A DNA stretch of 62,887 nt, taken from positions 1-62,887 of the forward strand of contig CAZBQK010000002.1 in NCBI GenBank assembly GCA_964493975.1. Direction: 5' to 3'. This stretch comes from an uncultured Dehalococcoidales bacterium. GTDB lineage: Bacteria > Chloroflexota > UBA6077 > FW602-bin22 > CADDYW01. Shown here one piece after another: positions 44,634 through 53,449 of the stretch. Position 1 is the first letter of the stretch. Every line of letters begins with the position of its first letter. The translations under genes were made by a program, and so were the position numbers. The notes under the pieces are model-generated. The model did no database searches and had not been told where the DNA came from. It saw only the letters and a list, made by a program, of their open reading frames with translations.

Positions 44634-45704
44634 GTGGCGACCAGAATTGGAATTAATGGTCTGGGGAGGATCGGCACGCTGGCATTGCGGGCCGGGCTTG
44701 ACTACCCCGATTTGGAATTCGTGGCGGTAAACGATCTCACGAAGCCGGAAACGTTGGCGTATCTTTTCGAGTTTAACTCCGTCCACGGCACGTTCGAGGG
44801 ATCGGTTGACGTCCGAAACAGCTCCCTGATCATCGATGGACACGAGATACGTGTCTTCGCCGAACGGGAGCCCGCCAAGATTCCGTGGAAGGACGTCGGC
44901 GTCGACATTGTCATTGAAGCCACCGGCGTCTTCGAGAACATGCAAATGGCTTCGATGCACCTCCAGAGTGGCGCAAGTCGAGTCATTATCACGACCCCGG
45001 CCAAGAACGTTCCAACCTGCTTGGTCATGGGAGTCAACGAGCAGAGCTTCGATCCCTCCCGCGACCAGGTTGTGTGCATGGGCTCCTGTACGACCTACGC
45101 GCTTGCGCCGGTCACAAAGGTGCTGAACGATACCTTCGGCATCGTCCGGGGATTCGTCAACACGGCTCATGCGTACACCAATACCCAGCCGCTGCTCGAC
45201 AAACCAATGGGGTCGCTTCGCCGAAGTCGTGCCGCCGGTCTGAACATCGTTCCGACGACGACGGGTGCCGTGAGGGTGATTGGCACGATTATTCCGGAGC
45301 TGGAAGGCAAGATCGACGGTATCGCCCTGCGGGTGCCGGTTCCGGACGGATCGCTGATTGATTTGACCTGTGTTCTTCAACGTGACGTCACCGCGGACGA
45401 GGTCAATCGGGTGTTTGACCAGGCGGCGAAGAGCGATGAGCTCTCACCGTACCTGGCCGCGATCGACGCGGAGCTAGTTTCGAGCGACATCATTGGCGTC
45501 GACCAGTCATCGGTTATCGACAAGACGCTGACAATGGCAAGCGGTAGCCTGGTTAAGGTCTTTAGCTGGTACGACAACGAGTGGTCCTTCGCCTTGCGTG
45601 TTTGCGACGTAACAAGCTACGTCGCGGCCCAGTCGGCAGCGCCTACGAGTGCTCAAGCCGGCGCCAAACCCCAGCCGCGAAGCGCGCCAAAGTCCGGAAA
45701 GTAG
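44634..45704 (+). CDS. gap: Type I glyceraldehyde-3-phosphate dehydrogenase (divergent).
   Basis: RIGINGLGRIG, GSCTTYALAP (catalytic Cys retained), NIVPTTTGA and WYDNEW. GTG 44634 sits 5 nt after GGAGG. It has an Ala/Pro/Lys-rich C-terminal tail of about 25 aa. Confidence 0.85.
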   Translation: MATRIGINGLGRIGTLALRAGLDYPDLEFVAVNDLTKPETLAYLFEFNSVHGTFEGSVDVRNSSLIIDGHEIRVFAEREPAKIPWKDVGVDIVIEATGVFENMQMASMHLQSGASRVIITTPAKNVPTCLVMGVNEQSFDPSRDQVVCMGSCTTYALAPVTKVLNDTFGIVRGFVNTAHAYTNTQPLLDKPMGSLRRSRAAGLNIVPTTTGAVRVIGTIIPELEGKIDGIALRVPVPDGSLIDLTCVLQRDVTADEVNRVFDQAAKSDELSPYLAAIDAELVSSDIIGVDQSSVIDKTLTMASGSLVKVFSWYDNEWSFALRVCDVTSYVAAQSAAPTSAQAGAKPQPRSAPKSGK

Positions 45705-45722
45705 GGAGGCGGATCACTATTC

Positions 45723-45742
45723 CCCTCTCCGTCGGGAGAGGG
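45723..45742. repeat. REP-like hairpin ccctctcc-gtcg-ggagaggg.
   Basis: 8-bp perfect stem just after the gap stop, followed by cgaggatgag (compare gggagagggttggggtgaggg at 16268). Confidence 0.7.
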
Positions 45743-45846
45743 CGAGGATGAGCGGCGTTCCATTCTGGAAGGCCCCGAAACCTTCCAAGCGTTGGGAATG
45801 GACGGGTCGCCCCTCACCCCTTCGCTACTCTCAGGGCAGGCTCTAA

Positions 45847-45867
45847 CCCTGTCCCGTGGGGAGAGGG
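45847..45867. repeat. REP-like hairpin ccctgtccc-gtg-gggagaggg.
   Basis: Same stem, with the same central mismatch, as the terminator at 40869-40891. It sits just after the thyX-like stop. Confidence 0.7.
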
Positions 45868-45886
45868 GATTAGGTTTCTGCCAGCG

Positions 45887-46681
45887 TTACGACGTCGACA
45901 CATCTTCATCTGTCTCGAGCGGCTCAACCGCCACGGGTCGATTCGGAACCATGCTTTTATGGGGGCGCACGCGGCTTAGCGGGCACTTCTGGTAGTCGCC
46001 AATGGTTTCGTCACAGTACCCGAGACGAAACTGGCCGCACTTGGGCTGGATGAGCTTCTTCAGCTCTGGGCAAACCTTACCGACTTCGGCCCGCGCCTTG
46101 GCCCAGACGTGACGAATTTCCCACTGAGCCCTGGTGCATAACCGCTGGTCCGCAATATGAAGGAACTCCTCGAAGTTGACGGTGAATTGAATGTTGGTTG
46201 CCGCGCTGTGCGGGAGAACGAACCGCGCGTCCTCGCCCGGTATCCCGGCGTCGAGTGCTTCCTGATACAGCTGGGCTGCCTGGGTCATAAAGGCAACGTA
46301 TCGATCAACCTTGCCGGCCTTGACCCAGGTCGGTGGAACAACGTACGGAAAGTCAGCGCCTTTAAATTCGACATACCGCTGGCTTTGCTGATCGAACACG
46401 ATCCCGACGTGATGGCGAACGAACTGGTGGGACGTCACCCGCGACATGCCGCTGAGCCCAAAGGTAAAGCTCAGCTGCTGTTTGGGCGATCCGTGGCCGG
46501 TTGGTAGCCAGCGCTCGAGGAACTCGAGCATCTTCTCCCGGCTAATTTTTCCGGCGTCGATCCGACGCCGAAGCTCCTGAGGCGCGATGCTGGAGTAGCA
46601 CGTCCGGTAGGCCACATACAGAACCGCGAGCGGATCACGCGGGTAGTCCAGCAATTTGACCTCTGGAGTAACTTCCGCCAC
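45887..46681 (-). CDS. thyX: ThyX-family (FAD-dependent thymidylate synthase-like) protein with an atypical signature motif and a Cys-rich tail.
   Basis: ...HQFVRHHVGIVFDQQSQRYV..., ARFVLPHSAATNIQFTVNFEEFLHIADQRLCTRAQWEIRHV. GTG 46681 sits 5 nt after AAGGGAG; the longer ORF-track start overlaps the upstream gene. Confidence 0.75.
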   Translation of the reverse strand: MAEVTPEVKLLDYPRDPLAVLYVAYRTCYSSIAPQELRRRIDAGKISREKMLEFLERWLPTGHGSPKQQLSFTFGLSGMSRVTSHQFVRHHVGIVFDQQSQRYVEFKGADFPYVVPPTWVKAGKVDRYVAFMTQAAQLYQEALDAGIPGEDARFVLPHSAATNIQFTVNFEEFLHIADQRLCTRAQWEIRHVWAKARAEVGKVCPELKKLIQPKCGQFRLGYCDETIGDYQKCPLSRVRPHKSMVPNRPVAVEPLETDEDVSTS

Positions 46682-46691
46682 GGTGACTCCC

Positions 46692-47432
46692 TTACCCCAG
46701 AATCTCGTGAGCGTAGATTTCGGCATCATCCTCGGGTTGGTAGCCCAGCCGTTCGATTGTCTCGGTAAGATCCCAATGACGGCGACTGTTGCGGGAGATG
46801 GCATAGAAGACGCCGTATCCGATGGGACTTTCAATTGCGCGCCAGACGACCTGGGCGCAGTCGCGGGGACTCAACCACATCCAAAGACCGATCTCGTCGT
46901 GCGGTTTTGGCAGAAACCAGCCGATTCGAAGACAGACGATCGACAAGCCGTACCGGTCGACGTAGTGACGGGCGAGAGTTTCGCCGAACGCCTTCGACAC
47001 ACCGTAGAGCGAATCTGGACGAGGCGGTTGCGAGGTGTAGATTGGCCATTGTCGATCGCGATCGTACATACCCATGACGTGATTGGTTGATGCCAGGACG
47101 ATCTTACGAACCCCGGCTAGCCGAGCGGCTTCGAAGACGTTGTAGGTGCCGGAAATATTCCGATCGCGCACGCTCTCCCAGGTGGCTCGGGTGCTGGGAT
47201 CCGCGGCCATATGAACGACCGCGTCAATTCCCTCGAGCGCGGGAGCGATTTCTTCGTATTTCGAAACGTCGGCGATGTGAACGTCGTCAACCGGCGGTTT
47301 CTCGGGAATGCGGTGATGGTAGTGGAGGCGAAGGTCGTAACGGTCTTTCAAAGACTCGGCGAGCGAGCTGCCGATGCGACCGGCGGCGCCGGTAATGAGG
47401 ACTCGCTTCCGCGACGCGCCGGGATTCGTCAC
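46692..47432 (-). CDS. NAD-dependent epimerase/dehydratase family (extended SDR) protein.
   Basis: VLITGAAGRIGSSL Rossmann motif and YGVSKAFGE (YxxxK). The GTG start overlaps the upstream stop (GTGA). Confidence 0.8.
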   Translation of the reverse strand: MTNPGASRKRVLITGAAGRIGSSLAESLKDRYDLRLHYHHRIPEKPPVDDVHIADVSKYEEIAPALEGIDAVVHMAADPSTRATWESVRDRNISGTYNVFEAARLAGVRKIVLASTNHVMGMYDRDRQWPIYTSQPPRPDSLYGVSKAFGETLARHYVDRYGLSIVCLRIGWFLPKPHDEIGLWMWLSPRDCAQVVWRAIESPIGYGVFYAISRNSRRHWDLTETIERLGYQPEDDAEIYAHEILG

Positions 47433-47677
47433 TTGCCCTCCCCTTGGGCCTTACCGTCATCACGGGAATCGACGAGCGGACGTAACCGGCGACGGGTGTC
47501 CGCGATGAGCTCGCGCGCCTGTTCGACCCGGGCCCGGTCGCCGTCGGCGAGGTAGAGTCGGTCGACGTACTGGGTCAGCCGCTCGTCGAGCTCAGCCAGT
47601 GTTAGGCCAATCGGACGGAGCAACGCGTCGGCATACTGCTCGTCAATATGGTAGGGGTTCCTAGGTCTTCCTGACAC
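47429..47677 (-). CDS. Hypothetical small protein (82 aa).
   Basis: The ORF is translationally coupled (GTGA) to the SDR gene. I recognise no family. Confidence 0.45.
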   Translation of the reverse strand: MSGRPRNPYHIDEQYADALLRPIGLTLAELDERLTQYVDRLYLADGDRARVEQARELIADTRRRLRPLVDSRDDGKAQGEGK

Positions 47678-47906
47678 TACCAGCTCCTAGCGCTCGGGGC
47701 GTTTCTCGCGCAAGCGTGTGTAGAATAGTGGCACAAAGGGTAATTTGCAACGGCTTCGCGACGATTCTAACGGGGCCCGACGCCAGGGCTAGAATGCGCT
47801 CGTAGCTGGCCCTCGTGTCGTCGGCGTCCGACACCGACACCGACTGGCCTCTTCGAAAAGGGGTAGCCACCGACCCGTCGCGGTCGGATTAGACGGGGAT
47901 GGCCCG

Positions 47907-47915
47907 TGCTATAAT
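47907..47915 (+). promoter_or_regulatory. Extended -10 element TGcTATAAT upstream of the split transketolase genes.
   Basis: ccgTGcTATAATgcgcg, about 62 nt upstream of GTG 47977. It shares the GCTATAATGCGC core with the coaX element. Confidence 0.45.
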
Positions 47916-47976
47916 GCGCGATGCCTCTCCCGCGACGTCGCGCGTCGGGGGCGGTGACTCACGTCGGAGGTACCTC

Positions 47977-48846
47977 GTGCAAACCGCGGCTCTCGAAGAT
48001 CTGGACACACTTCGACAAACCGCTCGCGAAGCGCGCCGACTCATCGTTCAGTCGGTCTATCACGCTGGAGCGGGACACCTCGGTGGGCCGCTTTCCGCGG
48101 CCGACGTCCTGACCGTCCTATATTTCAACGTCATGCGGATCGATCCAACCCGGCCGGACTGGCCCGATCGAGACCGCTTTATTCTGTCGAAGGGCCACTC
48201 CGCGATTGGACTTTACTCAATCCTAGCTCTTCGCGGCTACTTTCCCGTCGAAGAATTGGCAACGTTCGACGAAATCAATTCGCGCCTCCAGGGACATCCC
48301 GACATGACCAAGCTACCCGGATTGGATATGTCAAGTGGCTCGCTCGGTCAGGGCCTTTCCCCGGGAGTGGGAATGGCGCTGGGTGCTAAGCTGCTTGGAA
48401 AGGATTTCCGAACGTGGGTTATGCTCGGCGACGGCGAAATTCAGGAAGGACAAATCTGGGAAGCCTCGCTGGTAGCCGAGCGCTACGGGCTGGACAACCT
48501 CACGGCGGTTCTTGACTACAACGGTCTCCAACAGTATGGCTGGACGGCGGCCCACGACGATGGAAAGCGACGTATGCGCATTTCAATCGAGAATCCCGGC
48601 AAGCTCTGGGACGCCTGGGGCTGGAACGTTCTTGAGACTGACGGCCATGACGTGGGTAAGATCCTCGAATCCTGTCGTGCCGCGATCCAGACCAAGGGCC
48701 GGCCGACGGTGATCATCTCCCACTCGGTCAAGGGGAAGGGCGTCTCCTACATGGAAAATGACTACAACTGGCACTCGAAGGTCATGACGACCGCGGACCT
48801 CGAACGGGCAATGGCGGATCTCGAGCGACCGTTGGGGGGTAAGTAA
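47977..48846 (+). CDS. Transketolase, N-terminal (TPP-binding) subunit.
   Basis: GHLGGPLSAADV, SKGHSAIGLY and GSLGQGLSPGVGMA...LGDGEIQEGQIWEA. GTG 47977 sits 6 nt after GGAGG. Confidence 0.9.
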   Translation: MQTAALEDLDTLRQTAREARRLIVQSVYHAGAGHLGGPLSAADVLTVLYFNVMRIDPTRPDWPDRDRFILSKGHSAIGLYSILALRGYFPVEELATFDEINSRLQGHPDMTKLPGLDMSSGSLGQGLSPGVGMALGAKLLGKDFRTWVMLGDGEIQEGQIWEASLVAERYGLDNLTAVLDYNGLQQYGWTAAHDDGKRRMRISIENPGKLWDAWGWNVLETDGHDVGKILESCRAAIQTKGRPTVIISHSVKGKGVSYMENDYNWHSKVMTTADLERAMADLERPLGGK

Positions 48847-48847
48847 C

Positions 48848-49792
48848 GTGGCGCAATCGGTGGCGATGCGCGAAGTGTTCGCTTCCACGTTGGTCGAGCT
48901 GGGCGCCGAGCACCCAAATCTCGTGGTTCTTGACGGCGATCTTGCCAACTCGACCCGAGCGGAAGTTTTCGAGCAACACTATCCGGAGCGCTTCCTCGAG
49001 ATGGGGATCGCCGAGCAGAACTTGATGGGCGTGGCGGCGGGACTTGCCACGGTCGGATTCATCCCGTGGCTGAGCAGCTTCGCGGTCTTCCTCGTCAATC
49101 GAGACCTCGATCAGCTTCGAATGGTCGTGGCCCAGCCAAACCTGAACGTCAAAATTGGGGCCGGCTACTCCGGTCTTTTCACCGCCAGAACCGGCAAAAC
49201 GCATCAGGACGTGTCCGACCTCGCGGTTATGCGGGCGATGCCTCACATGACGGTCACTGCACCAGGCGATGGCGTCGAGGCTCGTTTGATCATTCGGTCC
49301 GCGACGGTAAGCCCCGGACCGTGGTACGTCCGGCTGGTTCGTGACGCGACCCCGTCAATCTTCGGCGACGACTACGTCTACGTCCCCGGCGCCGTCGTCA
49401 CGTTGCGCTCCGGTACCGATGTCACGCTTGTCGGAACGGGAACTCAGTCCGGTCGCGCGCTCGAGGCCGCGAAACTACTCGAAGCCGATGGAATTTCAGC
49501 CGAGGTTCTTCACGCTCCCACGCTCAAGCCGATCGATCCCGACGCGATCGTTCGATCGGCGACCAAAACCGGCGCCGTCGTGACGACCGAAGAGCATACC
49601 GTGATCGGTGGATTAGGCAGCCTCGTCGCCGAGATCCTCGGCGAGCACCGCCCCACTCCGCTCCGACGCCACGGACTAGCCGACCTTTACGGAGAATCGG
49701 GGTCGAACGACGACCTGCTCGAGAAGTACGGGCTGACGCCCCGCCACATCGCCGAAGCCGCGAAGGCGCTGCTGAAGACCGTACGCGGATAG
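48848..49792 (+). CDS. Transketolase, C-terminal (pyrimidine-binding) subunit.
   Basis: MREVFASTLVELG..., FLEMGIAEQNLMGVAAGLA, EEHTVIGGLGS. Confidence 0.9.
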   Translation: MAQSVAMREVFASTLVELGAEHPNLVVLDGDLANSTRAEVFEQHYPERFLEMGIAEQNLMGVAAGLATVGFIPWLSSFAVFLVNRDLDQLRMVVAQPNLNVKIGAGYSGLFTARTGKTHQDVSDLAVMRAMPHMTVTAPGDGVEARLIIRSATVSPGPWYVRLVRDATPSIFGDDYVYVPGAVVTLRSGTDVTLVGTGTQSGRALEAAKLLEADGISAEVLHAPTLKPIDPDAIVRSATKTGAVVTTEEHTVIGGLGSLVAEILGEHRPTPLRRHGLADLYGESGSNDDLLEKYGLTPRHIAEAAKALLKTVRG

Positions 49793-49971
49793 ACCTAACC
49801 CCCGCGCCCCCTTCCCTTTGAGGGAAGGGGGACCGAGAGCACGACCAGGGCCGATCACGGCGCCATTCCCCACCCGGTCATTTGCGCTTCGCGCAAGAGC
49901 TGGTCAGAGCCCACCTGCCCGTCCGTTCAAGTCCCCCTTCCCTCGAAGGGAAGGGGGCGCGGGGGTTAGGT
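49793..49971. mobile_element. 179-bp MITE-like element with perfect 25-bp terminal inverted repeats, each end also forming its own 11-bp hairpin.
   Basis: The left end acctaacccccgcgcccccttccct (49793-49817) is the exact reverse complement of the right end agggaagggggcgcgggggttaggt (49947-49971). Local hairpins cccccttccct-N3-agggaaggggg lie at 49807-49831 and 49933-49957. Confidence 0.6.
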
Positions 49972-50039
49972 CCGGTTCCCATGGTCGCATTTATGCCCAG
50001 TGTCATCGGGCGGAAGCGGCTTCGACGGGGGTTGTTGGT

Positions 50040-50068
50040 TTGACACTGGTCGGTCAGGCGACTATAAT
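50040..50068 (+). promoter_or_regulatory. Consensus sigma-70 promoter TTGACA-17-TATAAT for rpmH-rnpA-yidD-yidC-jag.
   Basis: Both hexamers match consensus exactly with a 17-nt spacer, 45 nt upstream of the rpmH GTG. Confidence 0.7.
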
Positions 50069-50112
50069 CTGTCCTTGAATCATTGAATGTCTAACGGAAG
50101 GACGAGTAGGCC

Positions 50113-50253
50113 GTGCCCAAACGAACCTATCAACCGAAGAAGCGCCGTCGAGCCCGCGTTCACGGATTCCTGTCACGAATGGCGACGCGGGGTGGGCGCG
50201 ACGTTTTGAGACGTCGTCGCGCACGTGGGCGCGCACGGCTGGTCCCGGAGTAA
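50113..50253 (+). CDS. rpmH: 50S ribosomal protein L34.
   Basis: My own translation is [46 protein letters not shown] (46 aa, GTG start, GGAAGGA upstream). It is absent from the ORF track because it is under 60 aa. Confidence 0.93.
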   Translation: MPKRTYQPKKRRRARVHGFLSRMATRGGRDVLRRRRARGRARLVPE

Positions 50254-50293
50254 GCGGTTTACCCATTCCGCGGATTCTCAACGTCGCCTTTGC

Positions 50294-50680
50294 GTGAGTC
50301 TCACCGAGAACGCCGACTTCGAGCGAATTCGCGCTGAGGGACGGATGTGGTCTTCGACCATGCTCTTGATGCGGATCGCGCCGGGGCCCGAGGGTCAAAT
50401 CCGATTCGGAATTGTGACAAGCAAGCGTCTCGGGAAGGCGGTGCGTCGCAATCGGGCACGACGCCTTCTGCGCGAGGCGATGTGGCGGTTGTGCTCGCGG
50501 TTCCGTCCGGGAACAGATGTCGTTCTGGTCGCGCGGTCGGGCATTCTGGGTGTGAAGGCCGATCAGGTTCTGCAGGATCTGGAAGCACTGGTGTCGCGTG
50601 CCGGGCTCCTTGAAGGCCCGCCGGAGGATCGATCGTCCGCCGGCGGGTCTCAATTTTGGTCGCGGCCAGGCCAGATGTGA
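50294..50680 (+). CDS. rnpA: Ribonuclease P protein component.
   Basis: [25 protein letters not shown] (RNR motif), in the position directly after rpmH. GTG 50294 is chosen; the start is uncertain. Confidence 0.85.
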   Translation: MSLTENADFERIRAEGRMWSSTMLLMRIAPGPEGQIRFGIVTSKRLGKAVRRNRARRLLREAMWRLCSRFRPGTDVVLVARSGILGVKADQVLQDLEALVSRAGLLEGPPEDRSSAGGSQFWSRPGQM

Positions 50681-50934
50681 ACGCCGGTGGACGATTTAGG
50701 GGCGACTGGGCGAGTAATGGTCCGGTGAAAGCTCTTGCGTTGGGAGCCATTCGACTGTATCAGATGACACTTTCGCCGCTTTTGGGCACGACGTGTCGGT
50801 TCTACCCGTCGTGTTCGCGGTATGCTTATGAAGCCATCGATCGATATGGCGTCGCGCGGGGCGGCTGGATGGCCATTCGCCGTCTTGGCCGATGTCACCC
50901 GTTCCACCCGGGTGGATACGACCCAGTTCAGTAG
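50677..50934 (+). CDS. yidD: Membrane protein insertion efficiency factor YidD.
   Basis: [63 protein letters not shown] 50677 overlaps the rnpA stop (GTGA). Confidence 0.88.
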   Translation: MNAGGRFRGDWASNGPVKALALGAIRLYQMTLSPLLGTTCRFYPSCSRYAYEAIDRYGVARGGWMAIRRLGRCHPFHPGGYDPVQ

Positions 50935-50953
50935 CCGGTGAGGAGGCTCTTTC

Positions 50954-51829
50954 GTGGACATCGGCGCTATTTACAATGGGGCGCGGGCGGCGATCGCCGG
51001 CCCCATGGAACAGCTCCTCGTCGGCCTGTACCATTTGCTTGGAGGCTTCGGACTGGCCAACTGGGGGCTGACGATTATCGTCTTCACCCTTCTCGTCAAG
51101 CTGGTCTTTTGGCCCTTGAGCATGCAGCAGCTCCGTGCGTCAAGAGCAATGCAGGCGCTCCAGCCGCAGCTCAACGAGCTGAAGAAGAAGCACGGCAAAG
51201 ACAAAGAGATGCTGATGCAGGAGCAGATGCGGCTCTACAAGGAAAATCGGGTCAACCCGATGGCCGGCTGTCTGCCCATGCTGATCCAGTTTCCCATATG
51301 GATCGGCCTGTATCAGGCGTTGTTCCTGCTGAAGGGTCGCGAAGACTTCGCGAGTCGTTTCCTGTGGATTCCAAGTCTCGCCCAACCAGAGGGATTTCCA
51401 TTTATCCTGGCACTTTTGACCGCTGGTAGCCAGTTCGTCGTTCAAAGGATGATGGCGGTGCGAAGCACCGATCCACAGCAGCAGTCGATGAACCAGGCAA
51501 TGCAGTTCATGCCGCTGATGTACCTTGTGTTCGCGTATAGCATGCCGGCTGGGCTTGTTCTATACTGGGTTGCTTCGAACGTATTTACCATGGTCCAGCA
51601 ATCGTTCTATACCGGTTGGAGCCAGGTTTTGCCGCGTTGGACCCAGCCGGCCGCGGCGGCCGGGGGCGGCCGGACCCGGCCCACGAGTCGACCGACGGGT
51701 ACGATCGAAAGCACCGAAACCGGATCGGCGCGGATCGAGGCCGCTCCTCGTCCCCAGGCCGTGGTTGCGACGCCCGCGGGCGCGCCGGCAACGGGCGCCC
51801 CACGCCGGACCAAGAAACGTCGGAAGTGA
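50954..51829 (+). CDS. yidC: Membrane protein insertase YidC (short form, with a basic C-terminal tail).
   Basis: NWGLTIIVFTLLVKLVFWPL, PMAGCLPMLIQFPIWIGLY and AGLVLYWVASNVFTMVQQ. GTG sits 7 nt after AGGAGG. Confidence 0.9.
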   Translation: MDIGAIYNGARAAIAGPMEQLLVGLYHLLGGFGLANWGLTIIVFTLLVKLVFWPLSMQQLRASRAMQALQPQLNELKKKHGKDKEMLMQEQMRLYKENRVNPMAGCLPMLIQFPIWIGLYQALFLLKGREDFASRFLWIPSLAQPEGFPFILALLTAGSQFVVQRMMAVRSTDPQQQSMNQAMQFMPLMYLVFAYSMPAGLVLYWVASNVFTMVQQSFYTGWSQVLPRWTQPAAAAGGGRTRPTSRPTGTIESTETGSARIEAAPRPQAVVATPAGAPATGAPRRTKKRRK

Positions 51830-51855
51830 GCTCCCCCTTGGAGGAGGAAAGAATC

Positions 51856-52542
51856 GTGGAGAGCCTGGAGATCACCGCTCGGACTGTCCCCGAAGCGATT
51901 GAGAAGGCGCTCGCGCGGCTAGGCAAGTCGCGGGAGGAAGTTGATATCTCGGTCCTTTCCGAGGGGAGTCGCGGGATTCTGGGGATCGGCAGCGAGGACG
52001 CTCGGATCCTGGTCTCGCCACGGGAACCCGTCGTGGTCGCCCGACCAAAGCCCCCGACGCTATCAAGTGAAGACGTCGTTGCGACGGCGCGTGATGTTCT
52101 CGAGACGATACTGGGCGGAATGAAGGTTCAGGCCGAGGTCGAGGTACGGCCAATTCCTGACCTCGTCGCCGACGAGGGATTCGCCGCGATTCTCGACATC
52201 GTCGGAGCGGAGGATGTTGGCATTCTCATCGGCCGGCGAGGCGAAACCCTTTCATCCCTTCAGTTCATGGTCACGCTTATACTCTCCCGAAAGGTCGGCC
52301 ACTGGACGAAAGTCCTCGTCGACGTGGAAGGTTACCGGGCGCGCCGAGAGGTATCGCTGCGAAGCATGGCTACTCGGATGGCGCAGCGCGTTGTCCAGAC
52401 CCGACAGCCGGTCGCGCTCGAGGCGATGCCGCCAAATGAGCGACGAGTCATTCATTTGACCTTGCAGGAACACCCTTCCGTTACCACCTCGAGCTCGGGC
52501 GAGGGCGACACGCGGCACGTCGTCATTCTGCCAAAGCGATAG
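51856..52542 (+). CDS. jag: Jag/KhpB RNA-binding protein (Jag_N + KH + R3H).
   Basis: N-terminal ITARTVPEAIEKALARLG, then GRRGETLSSLQFMV (KH) and NERRVIHLTLQEH (R3H). GTG 51856 follows GGAGGAGGAAAG. The ORF-track start at 51616 lies inside yidC. Confidence 0.85.
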   Translation: MESLEITARTVPEAIEKALARLGKSREEVDISVLSEGSRGILGIGSEDARILVSPREPVVVARPKPPTLSSEDVVATARDVLETILGGMKVQAEVEVRPIPDLVADEGFAAILDIVGAEDVGILIGRRGETLSSLQFMVTLILSRKVGHWTKVLVDVEGYRARREVSLRSMATRMAQRVVQTRQPVALEAMPPNERRVIHLTLQEHPSVTTSSSGEGDTRHVVILPKR

Positions 52543-52607
52543 ACGCCTTTTACGGCCCTTCCCGGTCTGGCGCGTCAGTCGACGAGGGGAGTGGTTTCGA
52601 TTACCTT

Positions 52608-53444
52608 TTGGTCGGCTCGGTGACGCGCGATGTGGTACGGGATGGCTATGTCCCCGGTGGCACGGTGACCTATGCCGGACTCACGGCCGTGGGGCTTGGT
52701 GCACGAGTCGCGGCGGTGACGAGTGTTGGTCCCGACATCTCGATTGAGCAGACCTTACCTGGCATGTCGGTACGGGTCCGTCCCGCCGCGGTGTCGACGA
52801 CTTTTGAGAACGTCTATCGCGACGGTCGCCGAACCCAATGGCTGAGAAGCACGGCACTTCCCCTCGATCTCGATCTCATCCCACCTGACTGGCGACGCGC
52901 CCGCGTTACCCACCTTGCGCCTCTGGTCAACGACGTCGGCGCCGACCTCGTGGGCGGTTTGCGAGGAAGCGAACTGCTGGGAATCACCCCGCAAGGCTGG
53001 CTGCGCGAGTGGGACGAGCATGGACTCGTTCGCCGTAGCTCCCTTCGACAACCGGAGTCGGCCCTTGCCGGCTGTGACGTCGTCATCCTCAGCGAGGAGG
53101 ACGTGGATCGCGACTGGGATTTGATCGAGCACTGGGCGTCAGTTGTGAAGCTGCTCGTCGCAACTCAAGGAGAACGAGGCTGCGCAGTTTTTGACAAGCG
53201 ACGACGATGGAACGTTCCGGCGTTCCCGGTGACCGAAGTCGACGCCACGGGGGCGGGCGACGTCTTCGCGGCCGCGTTTCTCCTCAAGTTGAGCGATACC
53301 GGTGATCCGATTCAAGCGGCCCGATTCGGTAACTGCGTCGCCTCGTTCGCGGTGGAAGTTCTCGGACCACCCTCCGAGTGGTCGCCCCACGCGATCGAGC
53401 AGCGTTTGGCCGCTGCCTCGTCATTTCCAGTCGTCGCGGAGTAA
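52608..53444 (+). CDS. PfkB-family carbohydrate kinase.
   Basis: C-terminal DATGAGDVFAAAFL and an N-terminal LVGSVTRD beta-strand. The only in-frame start is TTG 52608. Confidence 0.75.
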   Translation: MVGSVTRDVVRDGYVPGGTVTYAGLTAVGLGARVAAVTSVGPDISIEQTLPGMSVRVRPAAVSTTFENVYRDGRRTQWLRSTALPLDLDLIPPDWRRARVTHLAPLVNDVGADLVGGLRGSELLGITPQGWLREWDEHGLVRRSSLRQPESALAGCDVVILSEEDVDRDWDLIEHWASVVKLLVATQGERGCAVFDKRRRWNVPAFPVTEVDATGAGDVFAAAFLLKLSDTGDPIQAARFGNCVASFAVEVLGPPSEWSPHAIEQRLAAASSFPVVAE

Positions 53445-53449
53445 TCGAC

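Noticed and set aside
43719-45380. 553-aa ORF-track entry on the minus strand.
   Set aside because: Only the C-terminal 204 aa (43719-44333, a bactofilin with its own GGAGG-ATG start) look real. The upstream 350 aa run antisense through the well-supported gap gene and have no recognisable features.
44634-45704. GAPDH with an unusual active-site neighbourhood (SCTTYALAP instead of SCTTNCLAP) and a C-terminal tail of about 25 aa.
   Set aside because: The catalytic Cys and the other type-I GAPDH motifs are intact, so the differences are most simply lineage divergence. They are noted in the feature evidence rather than as a finding.
47921-48112. 63-aa ORF whose ATG lies 6 nt after the TATAAT box at 47910, which could be a leaderless gene by analogy with coaX.
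   Set aside because: It is out of frame with, and mostly inside, the well-supported transketolase N-subunit gene. It is Arg/Ser-rich with no recognisable fold. The SD-led GTG at 47977 explains the promoter.
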